Source of the DNA: an uncultured Nitrospinaceae bacterium
GTDB lineage: Bacteria; UBA8248
DNA: 64,000 bases
Direction: 5' to 3'
NCBI GenBank assembly: GCA_964005815.1
Contig: CAXFSR010000043.1
Coordinates: 1 to 64,000 of the forward strand
Shown: one piece after another, positions 18,579 through 29,927 of the stretch
Layout of the letters: each line of letters opens with the position of its first letter
How positions within the stretch are numbered: the first letter of the stretch is position 1
Program-made: the position numbers and the translations under genes
Notes under the pieces: generated by a model
What the model saw: only the letters and a program-made list of their open reading frames with translations
Databases searched by the model: none
What the model was told of the DNA's origin: nothing

Positions 18579-18674
18579 TTACGTACTATAATTTTGGTTG
18601 CTTCTGGGGAGGAGGAGTAAATAGAGGTATTGAATTGATGTATTTTTCAACAAATCTACCACTATTTTCATATA

Positions 18675-20381
18675 ATGGATCTTTTAAACAAGAGGGTAGT
18701 TATTTTACTTATTCTCTTTTTGGTTTTTCTTGTTAGTTCTGTTTGTACTGCAGAAACAATTCCTATAGGAATACAAAAAGAAATAGATAGTTTAATAACT
18801 TCAAATAAAAAAAAGAGAAAGCAGATTTTCTTATCTTTGGCTAAAAAAGGAGATCCGAAGTTACTACCACTCCTTATGGCTTTAAGAGAAGGCAGTCTTT
18901 TCATTTGGACCTCACATAACACAAAAAAAGTTGTAATAGCTGGAGACGCAATAAATAGCAATAACACTGAAGCCTTCCCTGTTTTCAATCCTTATGGCAA
19001 AACGATCATTTCTAATTCAAAAACTCCTAATAAAAATTTGCTTATTCCTGAATCTTCTTTAGAAGAAATCAGAGCTAACAGGAGACTCAGACGTGCTATT
19101 CGCCCTTATATTTTAATACTTCAAAGTACTAGTCAGCTATATTCTAAAGATCCAAATATTAGAAGAGCCGCATCTACCAGAATAGCAAGATTAGGCGATC
19201 CAAAATCAATTCCCATTATCAAAAGTGCATTAGAAAAAGAAACCCATTGGTTGAGTAGAAATGCTTTTGAAGAAGCAATAGCAATTATTCAATTAAAGAG
19301 TGCTTCGCCAAATATTCAAAAGAATGCAGCGATTAAACTTGGCGAAATAAAAGGTTTGAATGGACTCATTGATCTAAAAAGAATCACAAATACTAAGAAA
19401 ACTAATTTCACTAAAGAAGAACAAGAAGTTCACTCTGCTGTAAATGAAGCGATAAAAAAAATAGAGTCATATAAAAGCTGGACGTTTACAATTGACACAG
19501 TCTTTAGAGGTTTAAGCTTAGGTTCAATCTTACTCCTTATGGCTCTTGGCCTGGCTGTAGTTTTTGGATTAATGGGCGTAATTAATATGGCTCATGGTGA
19601 ATTAATGATGTTCGGAGCCTATTCAACTTTTATTGTACAGGGAATATTTATAAACTATTTCTCGCCTGACTTCTTTGGTTATTATTTCATATTTTCATTA
19701 CCGGCTGCTTTTCTGGTTTCTGCAACCATTGGTTATCTAATGGAAATATCAATTATACGTTTTTTATACGGTCGTCCTTTAGAAACTCTTCTAACTACTT
19801 GGGGGATTAGTTTAATCTTGCAACAACTTGTTAGACAGATATTCGGAGCACAAAACGTAAGTGTGGTTTCTCCGACCTGGCTTAAAGGTGGTTATCATGT
19901 CCTGGTTGGTGTTCAGTTTCCTTATAATCGTCTGTTTATCGTTCTGTTGGCAATTTTATGTGTTGTTGGAACTTTCTTGTTTCTTTTTAAAACTCGCTCC
20001 GGCATGAGGATAAGAGCAGTCACACAAAACAGAGAGATGAGTAGTTGTCTTGGAGTACCCTCTAGAAAGGTAGATTCTCTGACATTCGCACTAGGCGCAG
20101 GACTTGCAGGACTTGCAGGAGCAGCATTAAGTCAAGTTGGCAATGTTGGACCTGATTTAGGACAAAATTATATTGTCGATTCTTTCATGGTAGTCGTTAC
20201 AGGCGGAGTAGGTAAAATATTTGGAACTATCGTAGCAGGACTAGGATTGGGAGGACTTAACAAATTCCTAGAACCCTGGATGGGCGCTGTTTTTGGAAAA
20301 GTACTTATTCTTTTCTTGGTAATAATGTTTTTACAGAAAAGACCTGAAGGTTTATTTTCTGTAAGGAGCCGTGGAGCCTAG
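18675..20381 (+). CDS. urtB: Urea ABC transporter permease with N-terminal HEAT-like domain
   Basis: GVINMAHGE, RPLETLL and YIVDSFMVVV motifs. Confidence 0.94.
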   Translation: MDLLNKRVVILLILFLVFLVSSVCTAETIPIGIQKEIDSLITSNKKKRKQIFLSLAKKGDPKLLPLLMALREGSLFIWTSHNTKKVVIAGDAINSNNTEAFPVFNPYGKTIISNSKTPNKNLLIPESSLEEIRANRRLRRAIRPYILILQSTSQLYSKDPNIRRAASTRIARLGDPKSIPIIKSALEKETHWLSRNAFEEAIAIIQLKSASPNIQKNAAIKLGEIKGLNGLIDLKRITNTKKTNFTKEEQEVHSAVNEAIKKIESYKSWTFTIDTVFRGLSLGSILLLMALGLAVVFGLMGVINMAHGELMMFGAYSTFIVQGIFINYFSPDFFGYYFIFSLPAAFLVSATIGYLMEISIIRFLYGRPLETLLTTWGISLILQQLVRQIFGAQNVSVVSPTWLKGGYHVLVGVQFPYNRLFIVLLAILCVVGTFLFLFKTRSGMRIRAVTQNREMSSCLGVPSRKVDSLTFALGAGLAGLAGAALSQVGNVGPDLGQNYIVDSFMVVVTGGVGKIFGTIVAGLGLGGLNKFLEPWMGAVFGKVLILFLVIMFLQKRPEGLFSVRSRGA

Positions 20382-20383
20382 TT

Positions 20384-21499
20384 TTGATAAAAGATTTTCC
20401 GATCCAGCAAAATATTGAGAAAAAGATAAGCAGGAATACCCTATTCTTTTTTGCGATTTTTTTTGTAATTATAGTCCCTCTACTTAATATATTTACCCCT
20501 CCAGAATCATTTTTCCATATATCAGATTTCACCTTAAATCTTTTTGGAAAATTTCTTTCTTATGCAATTCTCGCACTAGGTATTGACCTTATTTGGGGAT
20601 TTACAGGAATTTTAAGTCTAGGACATGGAGTCTTCTTTGGATTAGGGGGTTATTGCATGGGAATGTACTTAACTCTTGCAATAGGTTCTAGTGGTGTCTA
20701 TCAAAGCAAACTTCCTGACTTCATGGTATGGAATCGTGTGAAAGAGCTTCCGTTTTTCTGGGAACCATTTCATTCATTTCCCTTAACTATGCTTTGTATC
20801 ATTTTAGTGCCAGCAATTTTTGCATCTTTATTTGGATTTCTAGCATTTAGAACTAGAGTAAAAGGTGTTTATTTTGCCATTATCACTCAAGCATTGGCAC
20901 TCTCTGTATGGTTAGTATTTAACAGAAATGAAATCAATCTTGGCGGAACCAATGGCCTAACAAATTTCAAGAAAATTCTTGGTTTCTCATTACAAGACCT
21001 TGGCACACAACGCTGTCTTTATTTAGCAACCGCAATTACTCTTTGTGTTGCGTATTTGATTTGCAAATATATTGTTCAATCAAGGGCCGGAAAAATATTG
21101 CTCGCAATAAGGGACTCAGAAAACCGAGTCCTATACTCTGGTTACACACCCTCTAATTATAAGGTTTTCGTTTTTGCCATTTCTGCTATTTTAGCAGGAA
21201 TAGCAGGTGCCTTATATGTTCCTCAAGTTGGAATAATTACTCCAGGGAAAATAGGAGTACTTCCTTCAATAGAAATGGTAATATGGGTAGCAGTAGGAGG
21301 AAGAGGCACATTAAGCGGTGCTATCCTTGGAGCAGTTAGCGTAAACTGGATGAGAAGTTTTCTTACCAGCAACTATCCAGACTACTGGCTATATTTTTTA
21401 GGGGGAATGTTTGTTCTTGTTGTACAATTTTTCCCGGACGGACTAATTGGAATGATTAAAAAATCACTAAAGAGGATCTTAAATCTAATTACTCCATAG
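20384..21499 (+). CDS. urtC: Urea ABC transporter permease
   Basis: GILSLGHG, LPDFMVW, GVYFAIITQA and WVAVGGRGTL motifs. Confidence 0.95.
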   Translation: MIKDFPIQQNIEKKISRNTLFFFAIFFVIIVPLLNIFTPPESFFHISDFTLNLFGKFLSYAILALGIDLIWGFTGILSLGHGVFFGLGGYCMGMYLTLAIGSSGVYQSKLPDFMVWNRVKELPFFWEPFHSFPLTMLCIILVPAIFASLFGFLAFRTRVKGVYFAIITQALALSVWLVFNRNEINLGGTNGLTNFKKILGFSLQDLGTQRCLYLATAITLCVAYLICKYIVQSRAGKILLAIRDSENRVLYSGYTPSNYKVFVFAISAILAGIAGALYVPQVGIITPGKIGVLPSIEMVIWVAVGGRGTLSGAILGAVSVNWMRSFLTSNYPDYWLYFLGGMFVLVVQFFPDGLIGMIKKSLKRILNLITP

Positions 21500-21516
21500 A
21501 TTCGAAAGGATTTACA

Positions 21517-22278
21517 TTGGCAGTTTCAAATACAATTCTTTTTCTGGAAGATGTCGTTGTTTCTTTTGATGGATTTAAAGCTTTAAATATGCTTAATTTT
21601 TCGATGGATAAAGGTGAGCTTAGGTGCTTGATAGGTCCAAACGGTGCAGGAAAATCAACACTTTTAGACGTAGTCACAGGGAAAGTCAAACCTAATCAAG
21701 GGAGAGTAATCTTTCGAGAAAATATAGATTTAACCAGACTAAAAGAAGAAGAAATAGCGAATACAGGAGTTGGAAGAAAATTTCAAACACCTACTGTATT
21801 TGAAACCTTAACTGTCAGGGAAAATCTAGAACTTTCTGTAAAACAAAACAAGAGAGTTATGACCCTAGTTTTTAAATCTTTAAAAGAAAATTCTCTGGCA
21901 AAAGTAGATGAAACATTAGAAATCATAGGATTAAAAGACAAACAAAACAACCGTGCAGGATTGTTGGCACATGGCGAAAAACAATGGCTTGAAATTGGAA
22001 TGGTCATGGTTCAAAATCCTCAACTCCTTTTGATAGATGAACCAGTTGCAGGTATGACAGATACAGAAACAGAAAAAACAGCAACTTTATTGAGAACTAT
22101 TTCAAAAGACAGATCAGTCCTTGTCATAGAACACGACATGAAATTTGTACGTGAACTAGAATCCAGGGTCACAGTACTTCATGAGGGGAGCGTTATTTGT
22201 GAGGGTTCCATTGATCATATCCATAAAGACCAACGTGTGATTGAATTGTATTTAGGTCGGGAGAAAAATATTGCTTAA
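21517..22278 (+). CDS. urtD: Urea ABC transporter ATPase
   Basis: VSFDGFKAL, GPNGAGKS, GRKFQTP, HGEKQWLEIGM and DEPVAGMT motifs. Confidence 0.95.
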   Translation: MAVSNTILFLEDVVVSFDGFKALNMLNFSMDKGELRCLIGPNGAGKSTLLDVVTGKVKPNQGRVIFRENIDLTRLKEEEIANTGVGRKFQTPTVFETLTVRENLELSVKQNKRVMTLVFKSLKENSLAKVDETLEIIGLKDKQNNRAGLLAHGEKQWLEIGMVMVQNPQLLLIDEPVAGMTDTETEKTATLLRTISKDRSVLVIEHDMKFVRELESRVTVLHEGSVICEGSIDHIHKDQRVIELYLGREKNIA

Positions 22279-22966
22279 CGTCAATAATTTACACGTTTTC
22301 TACGGGGAAAGTCATATCTTGCGAGGGTTAGATTTTTTAGTAACTCCTGGAAAAATATGTGGAATCCTTGGACGAAATGGAATGGGCAAGACTACATTTT
22401 TAAAATCACTAATTGGACTCTTACCATCAAAAGAAGGAGAAATTAAGTTTCAAGACTCCTCAATTACTACACTTCCACCTGAACGAAGATCAAAACTTGG
22501 AATCTCTTATGTCCCTCAAGGTAGAGAAATATTCCCTCAATTATCCGTACACGAAAATCTTTTACTAGGTCTAGAAGCACATCCAGAAAAACCTTCTATG
22601 TACGATGATGAAGTTTTCGAACTTTTTCCTGTATTAAAACAAATGTTAACTAGAAAAGGCGGTGTTTTGAGTGGTGGTCAGCAACAACAACTAGCTATAG
22701 CAAGATCGTTAGTATCCAAACCTAAGTTATTACTTTTAGATGAACCTACTGAGGGAATACAACCCTCAATTATACAAGACATAGAAGAAGTCCTATGGAA
22801 AATAAAACAAGCTGGAGAGGTTGCCATTGTTTTGGTAGAACAATATCTGGAATTTGCATGGCGACTATCTGACACGTATTATGTAATGGAAAAAGGACAA
22901 TTTGTTGCCCAAGGAGAAGCTAAGGGAGAATGTGACCCTAGCCTTCTTGAAAAATTGACTGCTTAG
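22271..22966 (+). CDS. urtE: Urea ABC transporter ATPase
   Basis: YGESHILR, GRNGMGKTT, LSGGQQQQLAIAR and DEPTEGIQPS motifs. Confidence 0.95.
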   Translation: MLNVNNLHVFYGESHILRGLDFLVTPGKICGILGRNGMGKTTFLKSLIGLLPSKEGEIKFQDSSITTLPPERRSKLGISYVPQGREIFPQLSVHENLLLGLEAHPEKPSMYDDEVFELFPVLKQMLTRKGGVLSGGQQQQLAIARSLVSKPKLLLLDEPTEGIQPSIIQDIEEVLWKIKQAGEVAIVLVEQYLEFAWRLSDTYYVMEKGQFVAQGEAKGECDPSLLEKLTA

Positions 22967-23000
22967 TTAATGTTTACATTAATTAAAATTGGAGCTAATC

Positions 23001-23303
23001 ATGCACCTAACTCCCAGAGAACAAGAGAAACTTCTTATTTTTGTAGCAGCAGATCTATCTAGGAAAAGACTTAAACGTGGCCTAAAACTTAATTATCCTG
23101 AAGCTGTCAGTATTATTACTGCAGAAGTTTTAGAAGGAGCCAGGGATGGTCGAACTGTTGCCGATCTTATGAATTATGGAACAACTATACTTACACGGGA
23201 TGACGTAATGGAAGGTGTTCCCGAAATGATACACGAAGTGCAAGTAGAAGGAACATTCCCAGATGGGACTAAACTTGTCACCGTTCACGATCCTATAAGA
23301 TAG
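23001..23303 (+). CDS. ureA: Urease gamma subunit
   Basis: [17 protein letters not shown] and [18 protein letters not shown] at 23001 after GGAG. Confidence 0.98.
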   Translation: MHLTPREQEKLLIFVAADLSRKRLKRGLKLNYPEAVSIITAEVLEGARDGRTVADLMNYGTTILTRDDVMEGVPEMIHEVQVEGTFPDGTKLVTVHDPIR

Positions 23304-23313
23304 GAGAAAATGA

Positions 23314-23688
23314 ATGATTCCTGGAGAATATATACTTTCAGAAGGCACGATCACCTTAAACAAAGGAAGACGTTCTAATAAAATTATAGTATCGAACCGA
23401 GGAGACAGACCTATTCAAGTTGGCTCACATTTTCATTTCTTTGAAGTAAATCGATTCCTGTCATTTGCACGTGAAGAATCTTACGGCATGCGATTGAATA
23501 TTCCTGCTGGAACAGCCGTACGTTTTGAACCAGGAGATGAAAAAGAAGTAGAACTTGTAGAATTTGCAGGAACAAAAAACATCATTGGATTAAATTCTTT
23601 AACTGAGGGCATTATCGACACTAATGAAAACAAAGAAGCCTCTTTAAAAAAAGCAAAAAAAGATGGTTTTATTGGAGATCCGTCATGA
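23314..23688 (+). CDS. ureB: Urease beta subunit
   Basis: [21 protein letters not shown] and GTAVRFEPG motifs. Confidence 0.98.
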   Translation: MIPGEYILSEGTITLNKGRRSNKIIVSNRGDRPIQVGSHFHFFEVNRFLSFAREESYGMRLNIPAGTAVRFEPGDEKEVELVEFAGTKNIIGLNSLTEGIIDTNENKEASLKKAKKDGFIGDPS

Positions 23689-25406
23689 CATACAATATCA
23701 GCAGAAATGCATATGCAGATATGTTTGGCCCTACAAAAGGAGATAAGGTTCGCCTCGCAGACACTGAGTTATTTATTGAAGTTGAAGAAGACAGAACAGT
23801 CTATGGAGATGAGTCAAAGTTTGGCGGCGGAAAAGTCCTTCGTGATGGTTTAGGTCAATCTCCCCTTGCGACTAGGGAAGAAGGAACTATAGATTTACTA
23901 ATAACAAATGCGCTGATAGTTGATTACTGGGGAATTATCAAAGCAGATATCGGCATAAGAGATGGAGTAATAGTAGGGATTGGCAAATCAGGCAATCCAA
24001 ATTTAATGGACAAAGTAGACAATTCTCTCATAGTCGGTGCTTCAACAGAGGTTCTTGCTGGAGAGGGAATGATTGTAACTGCTGGCGGAATAGATACACA
24101 TATACATTTCATATGTCCGCAACAAATTGACGAAGCTTTATCTTCTGGAGTTACCACTATGTTTGGTGGTGGCACTGGCCCTGCAACTGGAACAAATGCT
24201 ACAACTTGCACTCCTGGTTCTTGGAATATTGCTAGAATGTTGCAAGCTACTGAAGCATATCCTATGAATCTGGGTTTTCTTGGCAAAGGAAATTCTTCTA
24301 GGCCTGAGTCACTTAAAGAACAAATCTTATCTGGCGCAATCGGATTGAAGTTACACGAAGACTGGGGAACAACACCTGCAGCGATAAACTGTTGTTTAGA
24401 AGTTGCAGATGAATTCGATGTTCAAGTTTGTATACATACCGACACTCTAAATGAATCAGGATTTGTAGAAGATTCTATAAGAGCTATCAACAACCGAACT
24501 ATTCATACTTATCACACAGAAGGTGCTGGAGGAGGACACGCTCCAGATATTATCAAGGTATGCGGTTTTGATTCCATACTACCCTCTTCTACGAATCCAA
24601 CCAGACCGTTTACTGTTAACACTATAGACGAACATCTGGACATGCTTATGGTCTGTCATCATTTAGACAATAAAATTCCAGAGGACGTTGCATTTGCTGA
24701 ATCTCGCATTAGACCTGAAACTATTGCAGCCGAAGACATACTTCACGATCTTGGTGCTTTTAGTATGATGGGTTCTGATTCGCAGGCAATGGGAAGAGTA
24801 GGAGAAGTCATAATCAGAACATGGCAGACAGCAGATAAAATGAAAAAACAAAGAGGACCTCTTGATTCAGACACTTCTTCTAACGATAACAATAGAGTGA
24901 AAAGATATATTTCAAAATATACTATCAATCCATCTATAGCCCATGGAATTTCAAATTATGTTGGCTCTATTGAAGTTGGAAAGATGGCAGATCTAGTCCT
25001 ATGGAGACCCGCTTTCTTTGGAGTCAAACCAGAAATTGTTTTAAAGGGGGGCTTTATTGCACATGCTGCAATGGGAGATGCTAATGCTTCTATACCAACA
25101 CCTCAACCCGTTTTAGGCCGTCCTATGTTCGGCTCTATGGGTAAAGCAGTTGGAAGTACTTCTTATTCTTTTGTATCTAAAGCTTCTTTTGACACAAAAG
25201 ATTTTCAATCAGAACTGGGACTGGATAAAAAAATTGCACCTATTTCTAACTGCCGAGACATTGGAAAAAAGGACATGGTTTTAAATGATTATCTTCCAAA
25301 AATAGAGGTTGATCCTGAAACATATATTGTAAAAGCCGATGGTGAAATACTAACTTGCGAACCATCCGACAAACTACCCATGGCACAACGATACTTTCTC
25401 TTTTAA
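23685..25406 (+). CDS. ureC: Urease alpha subunit
   Basis: [43 protein letters not shown] and MAQRYFLF motifs. Confidence 0.99.
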   Translation: MTYNISRNAYADMFGPTKGDKVRLADTELFIEVEEDRTVYGDESKFGGGKVLRDGLGQSPLATREEGTIDLLITNALIVDYWGIIKADIGIRDGVIVGIGKSGNPNLMDKVDNSLIVGASTEVLAGEGMIVTAGGIDTHIHFICPQQIDEALSSGVTTMFGGGTGPATGTNATTCTPGSWNIARMLQATEAYPMNLGFLGKGNSSRPESLKEQILSGAIGLKLHEDWGTTPAAINCCLEVADEFDVQVCIHTDTLNESGFVEDSIRAINNRTIHTYHTEGAGGGHAPDIIKVCGFDSILPSSTNPTRPFTVNTIDEHLDMLMVCHHLDNKIPEDVAFAESRIRPETIAAEDILHDLGAFSMMGSDSQAMGRVGEVIIRTWQTADKMKKQRGPLDSDTSSNDNNRVKRYISKYTINPSIAHGISNYVGSIEVGKMADLVLWRPAFFGVKPEIVLKGGFIAHAAMGDANASIPTPQPVLGRPMFGSMGKAVGSTSYSFVSKASFDTKDFQSELGLDKKIAPISNCRDIGKKDMVLNDYLPKIEVDPETYIVKADGEILTCEPSDKLPMAQRYFLF

Positions 25407-25413
25407 GGTACTT

Positions 25414-25854
25414 ATGAATATTATAGAAACCATTTCTGGACAATTAAAAGATAGAGAAACACGAGAAATACAAAAGATTCCTCTTGGATGGGAAGAACGC
25501 ACAAAAAGCAGACAAAAAGTTCGAACTGAAAATGGTGAAGAATTTGCAATTGCACTAACTACCGGACAAACTCTTAAAGTTGGAGATATCCTACTCGAAG
25601 ACAGAGACAGGGTTGTCGTCATCGATGCTATCAAAGAAGATGTTTTAGTTCTTCACCCAAACTCTGCAGAGGAAATGGCTAAAATAGCTTTCCAAATCGG
25701 CAATCGTCATGCCCCAATACAAATAGAAAAAGATAGAATTTTAACTCCATACGATCGCCTAATGGAAGATTTTCTAAAAAAATTACATTTTGACTGTGAA
25801 GTTTCTGTTGAAACTTTCACTCATGATTTTTCAACTTACCACCATCATTCTTAG
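25414..25854 (+). CDS. ureE: Urease accessory Ni chaperone
   Basis: KSRQKV, IGNRH and a short C-terminal His tail. Confidence 0.92.
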   Translation: MNIIETISGQLKDRETREIQKIPLGWEERTKSRQKVRTENGEEFAIALTTGQTLKVGDILLEDRDRVVVIDAIKEDVLVLHPNSAEEMAKIAFQIGNRHAPIQIEKDRILTPYDRLMEDFLKKLHFDCEVSVETFTHDFSTYHHHS

Positions 25855-25858
25855 TTCC

Positions 25859-26548
25859 ATGTATCCAAACTCTATATACAAATTATTACAAATTTCAGAC
25901 TCCGCTTTTCCACGTGGTTCATTTGCACATTCTTTGGGACTAGAGTCTTATGTAGACAACAAAAAGATAATTGACTCTACTTCATTAAACAGATTGATTG
26001 AAAATCTATTAAAACATAGCGTCGGAACCCTAGATGCCGTCTACTTGAAGGAATCCTACAATCTCACAAAGGAAAGAGATTTAGAAAAAATTCTTCGCTT
26101 AGATATAGAATTCCATGCCACAAAACCGATTTCCTCTCTTCGAAATGCAAGCCACAGCGTAGGCAAAGAGTTTCTAAGAACATCTCACGAATTCCTGCAA
26201 AACGATCATATTGGAGAATACCTAAATCAAATAAACAATGATTCTGCCTATGGTCATTACCCAATTACATTTGGTGTTGTTTCTTCAGTAATGGACATCC
26301 CCTTAGAACAAACAATGGAAAGTTTTTTCTTTGGATTTGTTTCTTCTTTAGTTTCAGCAGGAGTGAGATTGATACCAATCGGACAAACAGACGGACAGAG
26401 GATAATAGCAAAAATGGAAAAACTACTCCCTCAAATAATAGAAGATTCTTTAACAAGAACTATTTCTGAATCTTTTTCGTTTGCACCTGCACATGAAATA
26501 CAAGCAATGTCGCACCACCGATTACATACAAGATTATTTATTTCATAA
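25859..26548 (+). CDS. ureF: Urease accessory protein
   Basis: [30 protein letters not shown] and RLFIS end; ATG at 25859 preferred over 25790. Confidence 0.95.
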   Translation: MYPNSIYKLLQISDSAFPRGSFAHSLGLESYVDNKKIIDSTSLNRLIENLLKHSVGTLDAVYLKESYNLTKERDLEKILRLDIEFHATKPISSLRNASHSVGKEFLRTSHEFLQNDHIGEYLNQINNDSAYGHYPITFGVVSSVMDIPLEQTMESFFFGFVSSLVSAGVRLIPIGQTDGQRIIAKMEKLLPQIIEDSLTRTISESFSFAPAHEIQAMSHHRLHTRLFIS

Positions 26549-26571
26549 GTACTAAGCAAGGGAGAAATTCA

Positions 26572-27183
26572 ATGGAGAAAGAAGCAGTAAAAATAGGAGT
26601 CGGAGGCCCAGTCGGTTCTGGCAAAACGGCTCTAGTTGACACACTTTGCAAAACCTTAAGAGACAACTATAAGATTGCAGTTGTGACTAACGACATCTAC
26701 ACGAAAGAAGACGCTGAGTTTCTTACAAGAAGTGGTTCTTTGACTGCTGACAGAATTTTAGGAGTGGAAACAGGGGGATGTCCTCATACCGCAATCAGAG
26801 AAGATATTTCTTTAAATAGAGAAGCTATAGAAAGATTATCTAAAGAACTTGGATCACTTGATCTCATTTTTGTGGAAAGTGGCGGCGACAATCTAGCTGC
26901 TACATTTAGCCCAGAACTTGTAGATGCTTCCATTTACGTCATTGATGTCTCTGCAGGAGACAAAATTCCAAGGAAAGGCGGTCCAGGAATCACTAGGTCG
27001 GATCTTCTTTTAATAAATAAAATTGATCTAGCTCCACTTGTAGGAGCAAGTCTAGATGTAATGGATAGAGACACTAAAAAAATGCGTGGGGAAAAACCTT
27101 TTTTATTTACAAACATAAAAAACCAAGAAGGAGTAGACGCTATCGTCAAATGGATAGAAACTGAAGTCCTTTTTGTCAGGTAG
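26572..27183 (+). CDS. ureG: Urease accessory GTPase
   Basis: [22 protein letters not shown] and NKID motifs. Confidence 0.98.
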   Translation: MEKEAVKIGVGGPVGSGKTALVDTLCKTLRDNYKIAVVTNDIYTKEDAEFLTRSGSLTADRILGVETGGCPHTAIREDISLNREAIERLSKELGSLDLIFVESGGDNLAATFSPELVDASIYVIDVSAGDKIPRKGGPGITRSDLLLINKIDLAPLVGASLDVMDRDTKKMRGEKPFLFTNIKNQEGVDAIVKWIETEVLFVR

Positions 27184-28051
27184 TCGTATTCCAATGCTAC
27201 ATATACAAAAAATACAAAATAATATGGTTGGCAAACATGGCATCATTGATGTCAAGTTTGAAAAATCCGCAAACAAAACAATACTTCGAAATGAGTTCTC
27301 GAGAATTCCTCTTAAAATTATCAAACCTTTTTATCCGGAAAAAGATGGTACTGCATACTTAACAATAATTAGTCCAACAGGAGGTCATGTTGGAGGAGAC
27401 AAATTAGAATTCAGATTTAACATATCAAATGATTCAAAAGCACTCATAACAACACAAGGTGCAACAAAAATTTATAAAAGTTTAGAGAAGAGTGTTTTAT
27501 CTACTATGGAAATTAAAATTGAAGAGAATGGTATTTTTGAATTTATACCAGATCCTATTATTCCTTTTGCAGACTCTCGCTATGTACAATATGTGAACGT
27601 TGAAATGCACGAGAACGCAAAGTTTTTATATGCAGAAACAATTTACCAAGGAAGATCTGCATATGGAGAAAATTTTGATTACTCTTTGTTAGAACTTCGC
27701 CTAAAAGTAAAAATGAACAAATTACCCATTTTAAATGACGCTCTTGTTATAAAACCAAAAGCAAATAATATGAAAAACGAAGGTCTTTTTGAGTCCTATC
27801 CTTATTTAGGTAGTTTTTACATCATTGGGGTTTCAGGAGAAGTATTAAATGAAATGTATACAGATATAGATGAACTTTTGCATTCAAAAGAAGGATTGAT
27901 TGGTGCATGTAGCATTTTTCAAAATAAAGGATTGTTTGTAAGATTTTTAGCAGAATCTGCACTTATTTTGAGGGAATATTATTTTAAATTATGGAATATT
28001 TCTAGAAAATATACATTAAAGAAAGAATCGATCTTTTTAAGAAAATTATAA
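27173..28051 (+). CDS. ureD: Urease accessory protein (start may be 27194 or 27224)
   Basis: [25 protein letters not shown] and GRSAYGE motifs. Confidence 0.93.
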   Translation: MSGSRIPMLHIQKIQNNMVGKHGIIDVKFEKSANKTILRNEFSRIPLKIIKPFYPEKDGTAYLTIISPTGGHVGGDKLEFRFNISNDSKALITTQGATKIYKSLEKSVLSTMEIKIEENGIFEFIPDPIIPFADSRYVQYVNVEMHENAKFLYAETIYQGRSAYGENFDYSLLELRLKVKMNKLPILNDALVIKPKANNMKNEGLFESYPYLGSFYIIGVSGEVLNEMYTDIDELLHSKEGLIGACSIFQNKGLFVRFLAESALILREYYFKLWNISRKYTLKKESIFLRKL

Positions 28052-28082
28052 AAGATTAAACATTTACTTTAAAAAATGATTC

Positions 28083-28095
28083 TAAATCATTGATT
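28083..28095 (-). promoter_or_regulatory. IHF-consensus site just 3' of tRNA-Pro
   Basis: Minus strand AATCAATGATTTA matches WATCAANNNNTTR exactly. Confidence 0.45.
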
Positions 28096-28099
28096 CTAT

Positions 28100-28176
28100 T
28101 GGTCGGGGCGAGAGGACTTGAACCTCCGACCTCTGGTCCCCCAGACCAGCGCGCTACCAGGCTGCGCCACGCCCCG
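28100..28176 (-). tRNA. tRNA-Pro(GGG)
   Basis: Reverse complement CGGGGCGTGGCGCAGCCTGGTAGCGCGCTGGTCTGGGGGACCAGAGGTCGGAGGTTCAAGTCCTCTCGCCCCGACCA; anticodon GGG, encoded CCA. Confidence 0.96.
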
Positions 28177-28192
28177 ATATTTAAAATCTATA

Positions 28193-29089
28193 TTATTTTA
28201 AACTTATGAGCAAACCACCGCACACAACTGTAATAGCAGCAAACACTACCATAAAATTAATATTCTCTATTTTCCTTAAAAATATAGAACTAAACAGAAC
28301 AACCCACAAGGGTGTAAATCTACTCATAGGAAGAATTAATGTCACGTCTCCAAAGGTAAGTGCATACATAAAAGAAAATGCTGCTGCCGTATTGAAAATT
28401 CCACCAATGACAAAACAAACCAAACTTTTAAATGGAGCATAAATAGCATTGCCTTTTGGCAAAATCGGTTTAGCTAAAAGCAAAAGGACATTTCCTAATC
28501 CAAAAGAAACTCCTAACGCAAGAAACGGTGTTTTCTGATAAAAATATCCATATTTTGTAAAGATAGGAGCAATTGCGTAAACAACGGATGCCACAATTGG
28601 AAAAATAAGTGCCGTCCTAAACCAATGCTTAAAATCAGTTTCCACATTCTCTCTGCCAATAGTTAGAATACAAACACCAACCACAATCAATAACGTACCA
28701 ATGAGAACTTTAATTGTTGGGTTTTCTCCTAGAAAGAAAATAGCAAACAAAGCTCCCCAAATAGGAGTGGTAGAAGCTACCAACGTAGAAGAACTTAAAT
28801 CCATTCTAACCACTGCTACCATCCTGCAAATTGCCCCTATGCCCGCACCAATTAGCCCCATACAACCAAACCAGAAGATCGCCATTGGAATAATATTCCC
28901 CCAATCCTCATATAGAAATGAAGCAATGAATCCACCAAGACTAACAATAGAATTGATTGTTAATACTGCTGTTAAGGGAGTAGAGGTTCTCATTCCTTGA
29001 CGAAGCAAAACTAATGTTATGGAAAATAAAACAGAAGAACAAAGTCCTAGTAGTTGCGGTAATCCAAAATATGTAAGAAAAACTGACAA
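28193..29089 (-). CDS. DMT/EamA family transporter
   Basis: About 10 TM helices in two repeats; FLGE and LRKIE motifs. Confidence 0.85.
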   Translation of the reverse strand: MSVFLTYFGLPQLLGLCSSVLFSITLVLLRQGMRTSTPLTAVLTINSIVSLGGFIASFLYEDWGNIIPMAIFWFGCMGLIGAGIGAICRMVAVVRMDLSSSTLVASTTPIWGALFAIFFLGENPTIKVLIGTLLIVVGVCILTIGRENVETDFKHWFRTALIFPIVASVVYAIAPIFTKYGYFYQKTPFLALGVSFGLGNVLLLLAKPILPKGNAIYAPFKSLVCFVIGGIFNTAAAFSFMYALTFGDVTLILPMSRFTPLWVVLFSSIFLRKIENINFMVVFAAITVVCGGLLISLK

Positions 29090-29189
29090 AATAAATCCTT
29101 ATAAAATGAAAACAACAGTTCAAAAGTAAGTAGCGAGGTTAACGTAAATATATTTATTCCACTAGCGAGCAGACAAAAAAATGATATGA

Positions 29190-29927
29190 TTGGCTATGGA
29201 AAATTTAAAAGACAAAACCGTTCTGGTTACTGGCTCAAGTAGAGGTATAGGCAAGGCCTGCGCAATTTCCCTTGCAAAAAAATGCGGCCTTATCATCGTT
29301 CACTACAACAAACGCAAAGAAGATGCAGAGAATACTTGCCAACAGATTGAAAAATTAGGATGCAAGTCTATGCTCGTTCAATGTGATGTCTCTCAATCAA
29401 ATGAAATAGATTCTTTAGTAGACAAAATAAAAAACTCCGGAGAAAAAATTTCTATACTTATCAACAATGCCGGTATGGTTGTTAAAAAATCACTCGAAGA
29501 GATGGACGAAAAATCTTGGGATATTGTGATGGATGCAAATTTAAAATCTTCTTTTCTACTTACACATGCTTTTATTCCATTCATGAGAGAAAACAAATGG
29601 GGGCGGATTATCAATATATCCTCACATGCCGCTATCACAGGAGGAAGTACTGGTCCGCATTACGCAGCCTCTAAAGCTGGGATGAATGGATTAACACATT
29701 ACTATGCAAAAATACTTGCTGGAGAAGGAATAACAGTAAATTCTATTGCTCCTGGTGTAATAGAAACTGACATGATTACTAAAGATATTGGCGTTTCTAA
29801 ACCTTGGGCACCGGTAGGCAGATTCGGCAAATCAGAAGAGGTTGCCAGTATAGTAGACATGCTTGTAAACAATGGCTATATGACAGGCCAAACCCTAGTA
29901 CTTAATGGCGGAATCTACATGAATTAA
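29190..29927 (+). CDS. SDR, FabG-like
   Basis: TGSSRGIG, NNAG and YAASK motifs. Confidence 0.92.
   Translation: MAMENLKDKTVLVTGSSRGIGKACAISLAKKCGLIIVHYNKRKEDAENTCQQIEKLGCKSMLVQCDVSQSNEIDSLVDKIKNSGEKISILINNAGMVVKKSLEEMDEKSWDIVMDANLKSSFLLTHAFIPFMRENKWGRIINISSHAAITGGSTGPHYAASKAGMNGLTHYYAKILAGEGITVNSIAPGVIETDMITKDIGVSKPWAPVGRFGKSEEVASIVDMLVNNGYMTGQTLVLNGGIYMN

Noticed and set aside
20097..20120. GCAGGACTT tandem repeat in urtB
   Set aside because: It encodes the ordinary AGLAGLAG transmembrane motif of this permease family.
25790..25858. Long ureE/ureF overlap (also the apparent overlaps at pcm/PPOX and gldA/gldF) as frameshift or recoding signals
   Set aside because: Downstream ATG starts (25859, 33009, 40376) remove or minimise the overlaps and give normal-length proteins.
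1586..28126. Near-identical 18-mers CGAGAGGACT(C/T)GAACCTC in the two tRNAs as attL/attR of a 26-kb element
   Set aside because: Both are complete tRNAs of different identity; the similarity is ordinary T-arm conservation.
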